Assembly (NCBI GenBank): GCA_003345555.1 | Contig: PRDJ01000057.1 | Span: 60,001 to 92,000 of the forward strand | Direction: 5' to 3' | Source of the DNA: Candidatus Thorarchaeota archaeon | GTDB lineage: Archaea; Asgardarchaeota; Thorarchaeia; Thorarchaeales; Thorarchaeaceae | Length of the DNA stretch: 32,000 nt | Shown here: piece after piece, positions 16,796 to 26,342 of the stretch | How positions within the stretch are numbered: the stretch's first letter is position 1 | How the letters are laid out: every line of letters begins with the position of its first letter | Program-made: the position numbers and the translations under genes | The notes under the pieces: model-generated | Databases searched by the model: none | What the model saw: the letters and a program-made list of their open reading frames with translations, nothing else | Told to the model about the DNA's origin: nothing

Positions 16796-18292
16796 CTACA
16801 GGATTCCCAGCAGACCCTCGATTCCCTCGCCGCCCATCTGCTTGAGCTGTTCCTTGGCAATCTGTTCGTAGTACTGCTTGATGATCGATACCATCAGCAA
16901 TATGCCCGTACCGCTTGCTAGTGCACCCATAACATCTGCTGCTGCTGCCAGGATGCCTATCAGAGCTCCGCCGAATCCCGCCACCACTGGGATGTATCGG
17001 TCAAGCAGCCTCTCAAGAACCTTCTCGCTTCTTCTGAAGCCCGGAACGATGTAACCGGAATTCAGCAACTGCCTCGATACATCACGGGGAGCTATGCCGC
17101 TGATGTCAATCCAGATTCTACTGAATCCCCAGCATAACAGAATGGTGATTGCAGAATAGATGATAACATGTGGTAAGCCGTCCCACTGCTGGAAGACCGC
17201 AAATATGCCCTGAGGCGGCGTGACGTATCTTGCCAGACCCGAGATAGCTATTAGTCTGCCGCTGGCGGCATCCTTTTCGAAGACTCCTAGCCAGTTAAGG
17301 AAGACGTTCGAGGGATATGCATTGTAGAGGATCTGGGCGAAGAATATGACGTTAGCAAAGAGAGCCTGCGCAAGGATAACAGGTATGTTTGACGTATAGA
17401 GCAGCTTGATCGGGTATTTTGCTCTCATGCCTCTGTACTTGGCGTACTGCAGAGGTATCTCCACTCGCATGGATTCCATATACAGTACGAGGAAGAATAT
17501 CAACAGAGTGATACCAAGCGATAGGAGACTTGGATTAAACCCGTCTCTCACGATTAACCAGGAAGCATCAACAGTCGGACCAGCATCGGTACCAATGCCA
17601 AAGAATCTCAGGATGTTCGCGATAATGGCTGCGATAATGCCTTTGGGCAACCCCGTACCTGTTTGAGGGTAGCCCAGCGGCTGGGCGTTTGTCTCGTACT
17701 GTGTGATATCAAACATGTTGAATATGACTTGACCTGCTACGTTAGTCATGATGAACAGCGAGACGCCTGATCCGAGCCCCCAGCCCTTCTGTACAAGTTC
17801 ATCCATCAAGATGACGATTATGCCTGCCGCAAAGAGCTGGAAAAACACAAGCACAGCTTCTTCGGCAGTGAGGGTGCCATATGCGTTCCCGATTATGTAA
17901 GCCATTGCCTGGAATGCTGTCATAAGCATGGCTAGCACTTTCTGACCGCCTGTAAACAGAGCTCGGTCATCGGGGTCGCTGAAATCCACATTGATTATCT
18001 TGGAACCTGAAAGGAGCTGCATTACTAGGCCTGCAGTGACTATTGGTCCTATTCCAAGTTCCATTAGCGTGCCTCTTGTGCTTGCAAGAATCACACGCAT
18101 GGCCCACAGATAGTCGGTGACGGTCGCCTGGTTCACCCCGTATAGGGGCATGTGGGACATCACAAGGAATACGACAAGTACCAGAATAGTCCAAATCGCT
18201 TTCTCTCGGAAAGACACCTTGCGATTAGGCGCCTTGACCTCGGGCATGACCCGGACCATCGGAGATAGGGCCCTTAGAAATGTAGATGGCAA
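16796..18292 (-). CDS. secY: Preprotein translocase SecY/Sec61alpha
   Basis: GTLMELGIGPIVTAGLVMQLL, GWGLGSGVSLFI, YPIKLLYTSNIPVIL, IPGFRR-like VPGFRRSE, GTGILLMV. TTG start. Confidence 0.98.
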   Translation of the reverse strand: MPSTFLRALSPMVRVMPEVKAPNRKVSFREKAIWTILVLVVFLVMSHMPLYGVNQATVTDYLWAMRVILASTRGTLMELGIGPIVTAGLVMQLLSGSKIINVDFSDPDDRALFTGGQKVLAMLMTAFQAMAYIIGNAYGTLTAEEAVLVFFQLFAAGIIVILMDELVQKGWGLGSGVSLFIMTNVAGQVIFNMFDITQYETNAQPLGYPQTGTGLPKGIIAAIIANILRFFGIGTDAGPTVDASWLIVRDGFNPSLLSLGITLLIFFLVLYMESMRVEIPLQYAKYRGMRAKYPIKLLYTSNIPVILAQALFANVIFFAQILYNAYPSNVFLNWLGVFEKDAASGRLIAISGLARYVTPPQGIFAVFQQWDGLPHVIIYSAITILLCWGFSRIWIDISGIAPRDVSRQLLNSGYIVPGFRRSEKVLERLLDRYIPVVAGFGGALIGILAAAADVMGALASGTGILLMVSIIKQYYEQIAKEQLKQMGGEGIEGLLGIL

Positions 18293-18340
18293 TTAACCGG
18301 TGGTCTCCTGCAGGTTTTCTGGGGCACCATCTGGATTTGG

Positions 18341-18348
18341 CCTTTAAA
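18341..18348 (-). promoter_or_regulatory. Internal TATA box upstream of secY
   Basis: CTTTAAAG about 50 nt upstream of the secY TTG, in a 162-nt intergenic gap. Confidence 0.45.
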
Positions 18349-18454
18349 GATAGTGGTGGTTGCGAGCATGCTCCATCTACGAACAGCTGAATCCGTATTC
18401 GACATGCTATCTCAGCACATTGCCACTTGGCTCAATGACTCGCTGTCCACAGTA

Positions 18455-18904
18455 CTACTCAGCCGGGAGGTCGACTGTGCCGCCCTTGTTCTGAATCTTC
18501 TCTCTCGCACCGGGAGAAATCGCCTTAACGCCGGTAAGGTTCAGCTTGCGCGTCACCCTGCCCGAACCTAGAACCTTGTCAGCACCAAGACGGGCGACAT
18601 CAACCGTGTAAGCACTTCCGGACTTGGTCGCGAGTCCTCGGCTAACAAGTCGGTCCAGAGACTCGTCAATCTCGCCTACATTGATGGTGGAGGGAAGTTT
18701 GAGGATGCTTTCCGGTCTCTTGAAACCATGCTTGCCAAAGTAGTGTGGATTGAGCTTCATGGTCCTCATTCTGTGATGTTTGTCAGTTCCGGCGTTGCCC
18801 ATTCCACCTCGCTGACCCGCAGCACGATGACCCTTTGTATCGCCATAACCCGCGGTACGCAATCCTCTCAATGAACGAATCCTTTTCGACTTCCGCGTGT
18901 ACAT
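18455..18904 (-). CDS. rpl15: 50S ribosomal protein uL15
   Basis: RGLRTAGYG, HRAAGQRGGMGNAG, YFGKHGFKRP, KVLGSG. Confidence 0.96.
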   Translation of the reverse strand: MYTRKSKRIRSLRGLRTAGYGDTKGHRAAGQRGGMGNAGTDKHHRMRTMKLNPHYFGKHGFKRPESILKLPSTINVGEIDESLDRLVSRGLATKSGSAYTVDVARLGADKVLGSGRVTRKLNLTGVKAISPGAREKIQNKGGTVDLPAE

Positions 18905-18918
18905 CGTCCGTCTCTCCT

Positions 18919-19461
18919 CTATGCCTTCTTCAGTCGCACTTCTAAAACACCATTCCGTAGTGATGACTTAGCTTCTTCCTTCTTGACTTTGGCTGGTAGT
19001 TCAAGTTCTCTATGATACGGTCTCTCTTGGTTACTAACGTCAATGGTCAGAATCTTGCCCTTCACATTGACCTTGATTTCGTCCTTCTCAACTCCGGGCA
19101 ATTCTGCAACGACCACTATTTCATCCGTCTCCTCGATCACATCGACAATCGGTTCGAGCTGAGGAGCAACAGGTTCACCGGGGTTCTCCGGGATTCTATG
19201 ACCGAATCTCTGGATGACCGGCTTTCCATCGGGACCTATGGTCATTGAGAATCCAAAGATAAGAGGGTTCAAGTCGTGTGGATTCTTCATCAGCTCATCA
19301 ATGAATCGTTGGTCAAACATCGACCCATTGCCCATTTGGCCGAGCATCTTCTGCATCATGTCTTCGATATTTCGAAGTACATCTTCTGGTAGGAAGTCTC
19401 CCAGCCACTTGCGCAGTGCCTTGCGTGCATCCTCATCATCTGGATTATCGTCCCAAGACAT
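18919..19461 (-). CDS. hsp20: Small heat-shock protein Hsp20 (alpha-crystallin domain)
   Basis: GFSMTIGPDGKPVIQRFG, EPIVDVIE, VVAELPGVEKDEI, LPAKV, NGVLEVRL. GAGGTGA SD. Confidence 0.95.
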   Translation of the reverse strand: MSWDDNPDDEDARKALRKWLGDFLPEDVLRNIEDMMQKMLGQMGNGSMFDQRFIDELMKNPHDLNPLIFGFSMTIGPDGKPVIQRFGHRIPENPGEPVAPQLEPIVDVIEETDEIVVVAELPGVEKDEIKVNVKGKILTIDVSNQERPYHRELELPAKVKKEEAKSSLRNGVLEVRLKKA

Positions 19462-19483
19462 GCTTGTTCACCTCAAGAACCTT

Positions 19484-19966
19484 TCATATCATACGTTGCG
19501 CGAGTTCGTTTATGGCTTGCCCTCTGTCACCTGTTACTCCGCCCATTCCTACTGGAAGATTCCTCTTCCCCCTGAAGCCTTTCTTGGGCGGAGTCAGCCT
19601 GAAGACCGGTTTCAAGCCTTCCATGTCCGAGATATCCGCTGTCCCGGCGACCAATGCCTTGGCAAAAGCGTCAATGGATTTATAGCTAGAGTTCTTTCTC
19701 ACGTAATCATCTGTCAGCATCTCGTTGCCGGGGATTCTTCCTCTCTTTGATATGAGAAGGGTCGCTGTGTTCTCGTCGATTGGTCCCCATGTGATGTAGT
19801 CCTTTGCCCTCATAATCATACCGCGAACATCAGATGTAAGCTTGATCACTCGTGCATTGTGCACCTTTCTGAGCCGAAGGTACCCAAGCGTGTCTTCTAT
19901 CTCCGGCCTGACTCTAGCAGGTCCCCTGATCCGTATCGCCAAGATGGGCTTCTCTTCCTGACTCAT
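19484..19966 (-). CDS. rpl30: 50S ribosomal protein uL30
   Basis: AIRIRG, DTLGYLRL, KDYITWG, KPVFRLTPPKKGF. ATG 19966 overlaps the rps5 TGA. Confidence 0.96.
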   Translation of the reverse strand: MSQEEKPILAIRIRGPARVRPEIEDTLGYLRLRKVHNARVIKLTSDVRGMIMRAKDYITWGPIDENTATLLISKRGRIPGNEMLTDDYVRKNSSYKSIDAFAKALVAGTADISDMEGLKPVFRLTPPKKGFRGKRNLPVGMGGVTGDRGQAINELAQRMI

Positions 19967-20643
19967 CACCCATACACTCCTGGGGCTGACCATTCCTGAG
20001 GCGGCAGCATTTTGTAGGTCTTCATGAGCGCATAGACATATGCTTTTGCAAAGTTTGAGTGCGTCCTAGATCGGCCCTTCGTAACGGACCAGACATCCTT
20101 CAGACCTGCAATCCTGAGCACCAGCTTTCCCACATCTGCAGTAACAAGACCCGTTCCTTTGGGTGCTGGCTTCAGTATCACTGAAATCGATCCGGCAGCA
20201 CCACTGACTTGAAACGGAATACTATGCATATCGCTGCATCTGCACTCCCACGATCCACAGCCTCTGCGAAATACAGTGATGTTCAGCTTGGCCTTCGCCT
20301 CAGCGGCTCTTACAGCGGGCACAAACTCTGAGGCTTTTCCGACACCTATGCCTATCACTCCTTGACCGTTTCCCACTATGACCGTGATTCGGAAACTCTT
20401 CAGCTCTCCTGAGTCCGATTGTCTTTGAACCAGACTGACGTCTGCAACCTCTTGTCGGATGTCGGGGAATAGGGCGTCTAATATCTCGGGCTCGCGTACG
20501 ACAAGATTCTGAGCAAGGATCTCCTCTAGGCTGTTGATGTGGCCGTCCTTGACCATCTGGCCCAGACGTGTCCTCGGAATCCACTCTTCCAGAGCTTCTT
20601 CTTCTTCACGAACTGGTCGGCGTCTTCTCTGTTGTCTGCTCAT
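19966..20643 (-). CDS. rps5: 30S ribosomal protein uS5
   Basis: WIPRTRLGQMV, VQRQSDSG, RRGCGSWEC, PAPKGTGLV. Confidence 0.97.
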   Translation of the reverse strand: MSRQQRRRRPVREEEEALEEWIPRTRLGQMVKDGHINSLEEILAQNLVVREPEILDALFPDIRQEVADVSLVQRQSDSGELKSFRITVIVGNGQGVIGIGVGKASEFVPAVRAAEAKAKLNITVFRRGCGSWECRCSDMHSIPFQVSGAAGSISVILKPAPKGTGLVTADVGKLVLRIAGLKDVWSVTKGRSRTHSNFAKAYVYALMKTYKMLPPQEWSAPGVYG

Positions 20644-20657
20644 CAGCGATTATCCCT

Positions 20658-21440
20658 CTACAACTTCTCACTCTTAGCCTTCTTGCCCTTGACTCTGCCT
20701 TTTCCTTTCGATACGAGTCTCTTTGGTCTTGGCTTGATTGGCTGTGCTCTAGGAGCCTTACGGATGGCTTTTCCTTTCACAGCTTTCTTGGCTAGCTTCT
20801 TGGCTGGAGCAGCTGCCGCTCTTGCTGCAGCCGCCTTCTTCTTAGGCTTGAGATCAGCGGCTGGAATGTCAAGGACTTTCTTCTTGACGGTCTCAAACTG
20901 CTTTGGAATGGTCTGTATGTCGACCTTCTTCTGGGTCAGCTGAGTGAACATCTTGGATGCTCCTTTGTCGCCTTTGAAGTGCTTGTACGCCTCCACAATG
21001 TGCTGACCCTTGATCCTAGACTCGTCCGGCAGGATTTCGGAATCATGAGCCACTTCCAGACCTGCATCAATCGCTCCCTTGAGTGCTGCATAGACTCTCG
21101 ATCCCTTGATTGGTGGGTTGAGTCCTAGATCAAGTACTGCCGTCTCAATGCCTCTTTCCTTTGCTCGGCGTCCTGCCAGTAGTCCTGTAAGATAGGCCGC
21201 TGGAAGGTTACCAGTTGATGCGGACCAACCGTAGGTTCCTAGTTCTCCTGACATCGCGGAGGCAACTGTTCTGTCGCCCACTATGTCCGCATTCACCAGT
21301 TGGACAATCATACTTGTGTTGGTCTTCCTGACTACAAGGCGAGGCATCCTTGACATCAGGAGGCGTCGTCGTCGATAGTAGTCAGTCTTACCCTCTCGGC
21401 GTCTACGAAACTTCACTCGATAAGTCGGGCCGTGTGCCAT
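20658..21440 (-). CDS. rpl18: 50S ribosomal protein uL18 with a Lys/Ala-rich C-terminal extension
   Basis: MAHGPTYRVKFRRRREGKTDY, RLVVRKTN, GNLPAAYLTGLL, VYAALKGAIDAGL. Confidence 0.97.
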   Translation of the reverse strand: MAHGPTYRVKFRRRREGKTDYYRRRRLLMSRMPRLVVRKTNTSMIVQLVNADIVGDRTVASAMSGELGTYGWSASTGNLPAAYLTGLLAGRRAKERGIETAVLDLGLNPPIKGSRVYAALKGAIDAGLEVAHDSEILPDESRIKGQHIVEAYKHFKGDKGASKMFTQLTQKKVDIQTIPKQFETVKKKVLDIPAADLKPKKKAAAARAAAAPAKKLAKKAVKGKAIRKAPRAQPIKPRPKRLVSKGKGRVKGKKAKSEKL

Positions 21441-21889
21441 TACTTCGCCCCCAGTTTGCGTTCTGTTATGTAGGTCTTAATATGGCCCGTATTCCTGAAG
21501 GCGTTGCCCTTGGCCTTGAGGTAGAGATCCCGGTAGACTCTGCTAGTTATCTTTCCGTCTGTCCTGAGCTTCTTCAGTTCCTTCCTCATTGGACGGATTT
21601 TCATCATCCAGCGGTCCTTCTTTGACAAGACTGCTGTATTCTTGCCCTTCTTGCCGCCCGGGCCTTTTCTCTGACCTTTGCGAATCTGATGCTTACGGAA
21701 TCTTGCCCTTCCTCTACTAACGCCCTGCTTCTGCCTCGCTTGGATTGCCCCCTCGTCTACCAAGCGGCGAATGTCATTCTTGGTTATTGCGAGAGAGACT
21801 TCGTCTTCGAAGGCAGGATCAATCCAGACTCTTGTTAATCCGACGTTCATCACGTCTGCAGCAAGACGTTTCTGTGTACTGAGCCTCAC
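21440..21889 (-). CDS. rpl19e: 50S ribosomal protein eL19
   Basis: QKRLAADVMNVG..RVWIDP, GVSRGRAR, GPGGKKG, WMMKIR, YRDLYLKAKGNAF. Confidence 0.97.
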   Translation of the reverse strand: MRLSTQKRLAADVMNVGLTRVWIDPAFEDEVSLAITKNDIRRLVDEGAIQARQKQGVSRGRARFRKHQIRKGQRKGPGGKKGKNTAVLSKKDRWMMKIRPMRKELKKLRTDGKITSRVYRDLYLKAKGNAFRNTGHIKTYITERKLGAK

Positions 21890-22626
21890 TTTTCATCTGC
21901 CTCCGTGTCGAGTTCTGAAAACAGCTCTTCTTCCCTAGCAGATTCAGGAACGCCAGGGTTCAAGACTCTAAGGTGCATCGTTTCAGCTTTCTTGAGGATC
22001 TCCTGACGTTTTCTCATTCCGACAGTGCCGCCAATTCGCACAGCATGGATATTGGAGTCAAGGCCTTCAAGCTGTCCGACATTATACACTGGGACCTCGA
22101 GATGCATTGACGGATGAATATCTCTGGCTGCTCTTGGAGTACGATACCCCGCACATACCATCGCAATTCGCCCTTTGCGCTTCTGCCTAGTGTAGCTATC
22201 ATTTCCGCGCACATTTCTCCACGAGTCACTAAGGCGGATCCAGCGATGTGCATTCTCGCGGCGGAATTCTGGAAGACCGTGTTTCTTGTGTTTTGCAATC
22301 CTGAAAAGTCGCATTTCAACGATTCCTTCCCGCACGCGTTTCGGGGCTTCTTTCTTCGATACCACAGCCGCTTTGGATACTGCCTTCTTCCTTGCGGCTG
22401 TTCTGGGCGCTTCTGCTTCAATCTCACTGGGCTCCTTTTTCCGTGCCGCTTTCGGTTTCTCTGGTGCCGCTCGAGCCTTGCGCGGCGCAGCTGCCTTCTT
22501 GGCGGTCTTCGCTGAAGTCTCTCGGACTTTGGCGGCCTTTGCAGGTGCGGTTTTCTTCGGTTTCTTTTCCCGATCCTTTTCCGACTTCTCGGCCCGCTTC
22601 TTTTCCGTCCTTTGTTCTTCTGACAC
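21886..22626 (-). CDS. rpl32e: 50S ribosomal protein eL32 with a ~100-aa N-terminal low-complexity extension
   Basis: PEFRRENAHR..RL..SWR..RG, GYRTP, IHPS, RIGGTVG.RKR..I. GTG start with AGGAGG SD. Confidence 0.94.
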   Translation of the reverse strand: MSEEQRTEKKRAEKSEKDREKKPKKTAPAKAAKVRETSAKTAKKAAAPRKARAAPEKPKAARKKEPSEIEAEAPRTAARKKAVSKAAVVSKKEAPKRVREGIVEMRLFRIAKHKKHGLPEFRRENAHRWIRLSDSWRNVRGNDSYTRQKRKGRIAMVCAGYRTPRAARDIHPSMHLEVPVYNVGQLEGLDSNIHAVRIGGTVGMRKRQEILKKAETMHLRVLNPGVPESAREEELFSELDTEADEK

Positions 22627-22638
22627 AATCTAAACCTC

Positions 22639-23199
22639 CTATACGACAGACTTGGTTGTCTCACCCTTTCTCTTCTTTAGGACGTAGATGCCATCAAGGA
22701 AGACACGCCTGTCCTTTGACCTCAGTCGCGTGGCATTCTGTATGTTTGCGGCGCTCTGCGAAACATGCTCAAGGTTGATGCCGCTGATAATCACATCATC
22801 TTCTGTTATCTTGGCTTGGACGTCTCCAATCAGCTTTGCCTTTCGGATGCCTCGTTCTCCTATTAGGTTCTTGATGATTACGTCTCTGCCTTTGAGGTCT
22901 ACAGTTATCGGGAAGTGCGAGAAAACGATCTTCATCTGATACTCATAGCCATGTTGCACACCGACGAGCATGTTACGGACGTGTGCTATCATAGTGCCGA
23001 CAAGGGCTCTTGCTTTCTTTCGAGCTACGTCTGTGCTAGCAACTACCTCATTTCCTTCGATTCTAAGGTGCGCATAGGGCTCTGGGAATGTTCTTTCGAG
23101 TTTGCCCTTAGGACCTGAGACGATGATTGTCTTTTCCTGAAACGTGACCTGGCAGCCAGTGGGTATCTCTATGCGTTTCTCATAGATGTCATTGGGCAT
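22639..23199 (-). CDS. rpl6: 50S ribosomal protein uL6
   Basis: VSGPKG, YQMKIVFSHFP, KNLIGE, VSQSAANIQ, DRRVFLDGIYV. Confidence 0.97.
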   Translation of the reverse strand: MPNDIYEKRIEIPTGCQVTFQEKTIIVSGPKGKLERTFPEPYAHLRIEGNEVVASTDVARKKARALVGTMIAHVRNMLVGVQHGYEYQMKIVFSHFPITVDLKGRDVIIKNLIGERGIRKAKLIGDVQAKITEDDVIISGINLEHVSQSAANIQNATRLRSKDRRVFLDGIYVLKKRKGETTKSVV

Positions 23200-23210
23200 A
23201 GCTAATCCTC

Positions 23211-23603
23211 CTAGTACACGTAGGCAAGTAATCTGCCTCCTATTCCACGGCTTTTCGCATCTTCGTGCGTCATCACGCCTTCCGGTGTAGTGACAATGAG
23301 AATGCCGTAGTTGTATGCAGGCAGGAATCTCTTCTCATACTTCTCGAAGCCGTCGCGCTTTACAGGGAATCTAGGTCTTATCACTCCACACTTGTTTGTG
23401 CGACCCATGAGCTGAATGCGGAGCCTACCTTCTCTGCCATCGTCAATCCGCTCGAATTCTCCGATGTAACCTCTGGCCTGCATGACGCGAAGCACTTTCT
23501 CGATGAGCCCTGAGGCTGGCGCCACGACTACCTCGGGCTGTCCAATGAGCTCACTGTTGTAGATGCTCGACATCGCATCAGCCAACGGATCTAGCAGTGT
23601 CAT
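23211..23603 (-). CDS. rps8: 30S ribosomal protein uS8
   Basis: [52 protein letters not shown]. Confidence 0.98.
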   Translation of the reverse strand: MTLLDPLADAMSSIYNSELIGQPEVVVAPASGLIEKVLRVMQARGYIGEFERIDDGREGRLRIQLMGRTNKCGVIRPRFPVKRDGFEKYEKRFLPAYNYGILIVTTPEGVMTHEDAKSRGIGGRLLAYVY

Positions 23604-23619
23604 CTTCTCTCTTTGCCCC

Positions 23620-23790
23620 CTAGGAGTATTTGCGGAAGCCCATCTTCTTCGCTGTTTCCCTGAAACAGCGTCGGCACATGTTCAGCCCGAATCTGCGGAT
23701 GAGTGCCTGGTGTGTACCACACCTAAAGCAGGTTCTGGAACCCTTCCCGACCCTCTTGTGCTCTGTTTCTTCTTTCTTGGTTGTACTCAC
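23620..23790 (-). CDS. rps14: 30S ribosomal protein uS14 (56 aa, not in the ORF track)
   Basis: Manual translation: [59 protein letters not shown] start with GAGGTGA SD. Confidence 0.97.
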   Translation of the reverse strand: MSTTKKEETEHKRVGKGSRTCFRCGTHQALIRRFGLNMCRRCFRETAKKMGFRKYS

Positions 23791-23801
23791 CCTTGCTCAC
23801 C

Positions 23802-24398
23802 TCAGAACAGATACGTGCGTTCCTTCTCCTTCTCCAGTATCTGGATGCCGAAGTCCCTTCTGACAAGCACCATGCTTTCCTCTGGCGTCACCCTGTGTCT
23901 ATAGGGGACCCTTGACCGCTTCATTCGTCGTCTCTTCACTCTGAAACCGCGGCGCTCAATGCAGACTGTGATATTCATCCCTTGTACACCGAGTTGCGGG
24001 TCATACTTGACATCCGGTATGTCTATGTGTTCACTGATTCCGAATGCAAAGTTGCCATCAAGATCCCAGTTCTTTATGAGTAGTACGTCATCCTTGGCCT
24101 TGAGTGCTCTTGCCAGGAACTCCCTTGCTTTCTGGTGCCTCAATGTCACTCGTACCGCAATCGGTTCCCTCTTCCGGATGCCAAAGTCTCGGATTGTCTG
24201 GTGCGCCTTGGACTGCACGGGTGTCTGACCCGTCAGGTTCTTGAGAATAGTAGCCGCCCGTTCGAGAGTCTCGCCGCCGCCCACACATATATCGACCACA
24301 ACTTTGGCAATCTGTGGCTCCCTCATTGGGAAGGTCTTCCAGTCGTCTATGATCAGCTGCTCGTTGGGTGAAATCATCTGTTCCTCTGAGGTGCTCAC
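23802..24398 (-). CDS. rpl5: 50S ribosomal protein uL5
   Basis: PMREPQIAKVVVDI, TIRDFGIRK, GNFAFGISEHIDIP..KYDP. Confidence 0.97.
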   Translation of the reverse strand: MSTSEEQMISPNEQLIIDDWKTFPMREPQIAKVVVDICVGGGETLERAATILKNLTGQTPVQSKAHQTIRDFGIRKREPIAVRVTLRHQKAREFLARALKAKDDVLLIKNWDLDGNFAFGISEHIDIPDVKYDPQLGVQGMNITVCIERRGFRVKRRRMKRSRVPYRHRVTPEESMVLVRRDFGIQILEKEKERTYLF

Positions 24399-25150
24399 TT
24401 GCTCTGGCCTCCTGTGGGACTTAGGCTAATCTCAGGTTTCCCGGAACCAACGACAAATACATACTCTGTGGCTGTCTGGACCTTGTTTCCGCCAGAATCC
24501 TGGAGGGTCACAGTACTGGCGTGAGTCCCGAACCTCTTGTTGATCGAGACGATTTTGCCTTCGATTCCGATGTTCTTTCCTCGTGACACAAGTGCATAGG
24601 CCCCCTCAGCTAGTGGGAGCGTTTTGATTATTCTCTGATCTGGAATTGAAACCTTGACGGTCTCGAGTGGATGATGCGCGGATGGCTTCTCACCCTTGGG
24701 AAGCAAGATATTCCGTCCGTCATGAAGAGTAATCTGCAGGCGCCCTCCGTTTACTATCATCTTCTTCTCTACTCTGCAAAGCTTGAAGCCCTTCTCATTC
24801 TCGCTTATGGTGACGAGTCGTAAACCTCCCTGTGGCTTAGGGAGCAGTCTGAAACTGTCCCCAGATGACTTAATCTCGATAACATCCATTATACCTACGG
24901 GGTAGCGGGGGTCTTTCCGTGGCTTCCCGTCAACGAAAACGTCTCCACTAGTCAGCATCACCTTGACCTCTCGCATATTCTCTGCATAACCAAGTGTCTC
25001 TCTGAGAAGAACTGTAAGTGTCATGCTGTACTCCTTTGGATGGGGACCAGAGACCGGCCTCGTGGTGAACTTGTATTCCTTCCTCTTTATTGGCCAATGC
25101 TTAGGGGCCGGCAGTCGCTTCAGATGTTTCTTCTGACCCAATCGTGTCAT
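24395..25150 (-). CDS. rps4e: 30S ribosomal protein eS4
   Basis: HLKRLPAP..W, GPHP, VDGK.R.D..YPVG.MDV, QITLHDGRN. Confidence 0.97.
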   Translation of the reverse strand: MTRLGQKKHLKRLPAPKHWPIKRKEYKFTTRPVSGPHPKEYSMTLTVLLRETLGYAENMREVKVMLTSGDVFVDGKPRKDPRYPVGIMDVIEIKSSGDSFRLLPKPQGGLRLVTISENEKGFKLCRVEKKMIVNGGRLQITLHDGRNILLPKGEKPSAHHPLETVKVSIPDQRIIKTLPLAEGAYALVSRGKNIGIEGKIVSINKRFGTHASTVTLQDSGGNKVQTATEYVFVVGSGKPEISLSPTGGQSK

Positions 25151-25537
25151 CTACTCACTCTCCGCTATCGTGGCAGCTCTGGCCTGGATGCGTTTCTTTC
25201 TTTCATCACTCAGTTCCAATTTGACAAGCATCAAATTAGACGGGTGCAATGGTACCCTAGCTTCTTTGCCATCAGACTTGGTAGTCGAGGCACCGTCGAC
25301 AAGCACGCGGATAGTGCGGTAGTCCACTCCGAGTACCTTTCCTTCAGTGTCTCTGAACTGTCCCCTCATGATACGCACGAGGTCTCCCTTCTTCACGTTT
25401 AGAGAACGCAGCCCGTATTCTTCTCTCAGCGAATCGTCTAGCCTGCATCTGAGCATGCTTCTGTGAGCATGCTGACCGGAATCACGTACAAGGCGTCGCT
25501 GTTTGCGGGGGGACTTTGGACTAAGCTTCTTCGTCAT
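25151..25537 (-). CDS. rpl24: 50S ribosomal protein uL24
   Basis: SKSPRKQR-type N-terminus, GDLVRIMRG, PLHPSNL. ATG 25537 chosen over the longer track start. Confidence 0.95.
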   Translation of the reverse strand: MTKKLSPKSPRKQRRLVRDSGQHAHRSMLRCRLDDSLREEYGLRSLNVKKGDLVRIMRGQFRDTEGKVLGVDYRTIRVLVDGASTTKSDGKEARVPLHPSNLMLVKLELSDERKKRIQARAATIAESE

Positions 25538-25548
25538 TGTACAGCACC

Positions 25549-25971
25549 TCATACTATCTTCGACGCTATGGCTGCGACACGCGGCCACATGATCGTGACT
25601 TCTCTTGCCATGGGACCTCTAAGTTCGGAACCTTGTGGCTCACCACCCGCCTTTATCAGGACTGCCGCATTATCCTCGAATTGTATCCAGGTCCCATCGA
25701 CTCTACGAAACGGTTTCTTCTGTCTGACAACTACAGCCTGCAGGACTTGTTTTCTCAGTTCCTGCTTGCCTTTCAACACAGAAACGTTGATGCGGTCGCC
25801 GACACCCGCTTTGCCAATCTTCCTCTGTTTACCCTTGTATCCTAGGACAGTTATCAACTGGAGCTCCTTCGCTCCCGAATTATCAGTACACAGAAGCGTG
25901 GCTCCGACAGGTAACCCTCTTGCGACCTTTGGAATATACTTCCTAATTCCTCTGGTGAGCTTCCTCGACAT
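25549..25971 (-). CDS. rpl14: 50S ribosomal protein uL14
   Basis: DNSGAK, AGVGD, AVVVRQKKPFRR.DG, FEDNAAV, GPMARE. Confidence 0.98.
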   Translation of the reverse strand: MSRKLTRGIRKYIPKVARGLPVGATLLCTDNSGAKELQLITVLGYKGKQRKIGKAGVGDRINVSVLKGKQELRKQVLQAVVVRQKKPFRRVDGTWIQFEDNAAVLIKAGGEPQGSELRGPMAREVTIMWPRVAAIASKIV

Positions 25972-25974
25972 TGC

Positions 25975-26340
25975 TTAACCCTCCTGATTCGTTGCAGGAC
26001 GTTTCACCGATATCACGACACTCTTGACGGTCTTGCTTATCGGGCGGCACTCGGCCACTCTGACTGTGTCGCCTTCATTGACCTCCATGCAAGGAGGCAA
26101 GTGAGCATGTTTGTTTGACTTCCTCCTCTCGTATCGTGAATACTTGTCGACGAGGCTTAGGTAGTCCTGCCTGAATGCTATTGCGCCATGCATTTTCGTG
26201 CTCGTGACAATTCCTTGCATGACCCGGCCTCTGACAGGGAGGCTTCCGTGGAACGGACAATTGGGATCAGTGCAGGTTTTCTTCGGGGGCTCCACTCCGG
26301 GAACGCCGATATCACGCACCTTGTCCTTGGTCTTGCGCAT
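25975..26340 (-). CDS. rps17: 30S ribosomal protein uS17
   Basis: CTDPNCPFHGSLPVRG, KYSRYERR, AHLPPC, ECRPISKT. Confidence 0.97.
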   Translation of the reverse strand: MRKTKDKVRDIGVPGVEPPKKTCTDPNCPFHGSLPVRGRVMQGIVTSTKMHGAIAFRQDYLSLVDKYSRYERRKSNKHAHLPPCMEVNEGDTVRVAECRPISKTVKSVVISVKRPATNQEG

Positions 26341-26342
26341 CT

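Noticed and set aside
22014-22664. 216-aa Arg-rich ORF overlapping rpl32e in another frame
   Set aside because: Shadow frame of the K/A-rich eL32 codons, with no family motifs and fully overlapped by an essential gene.
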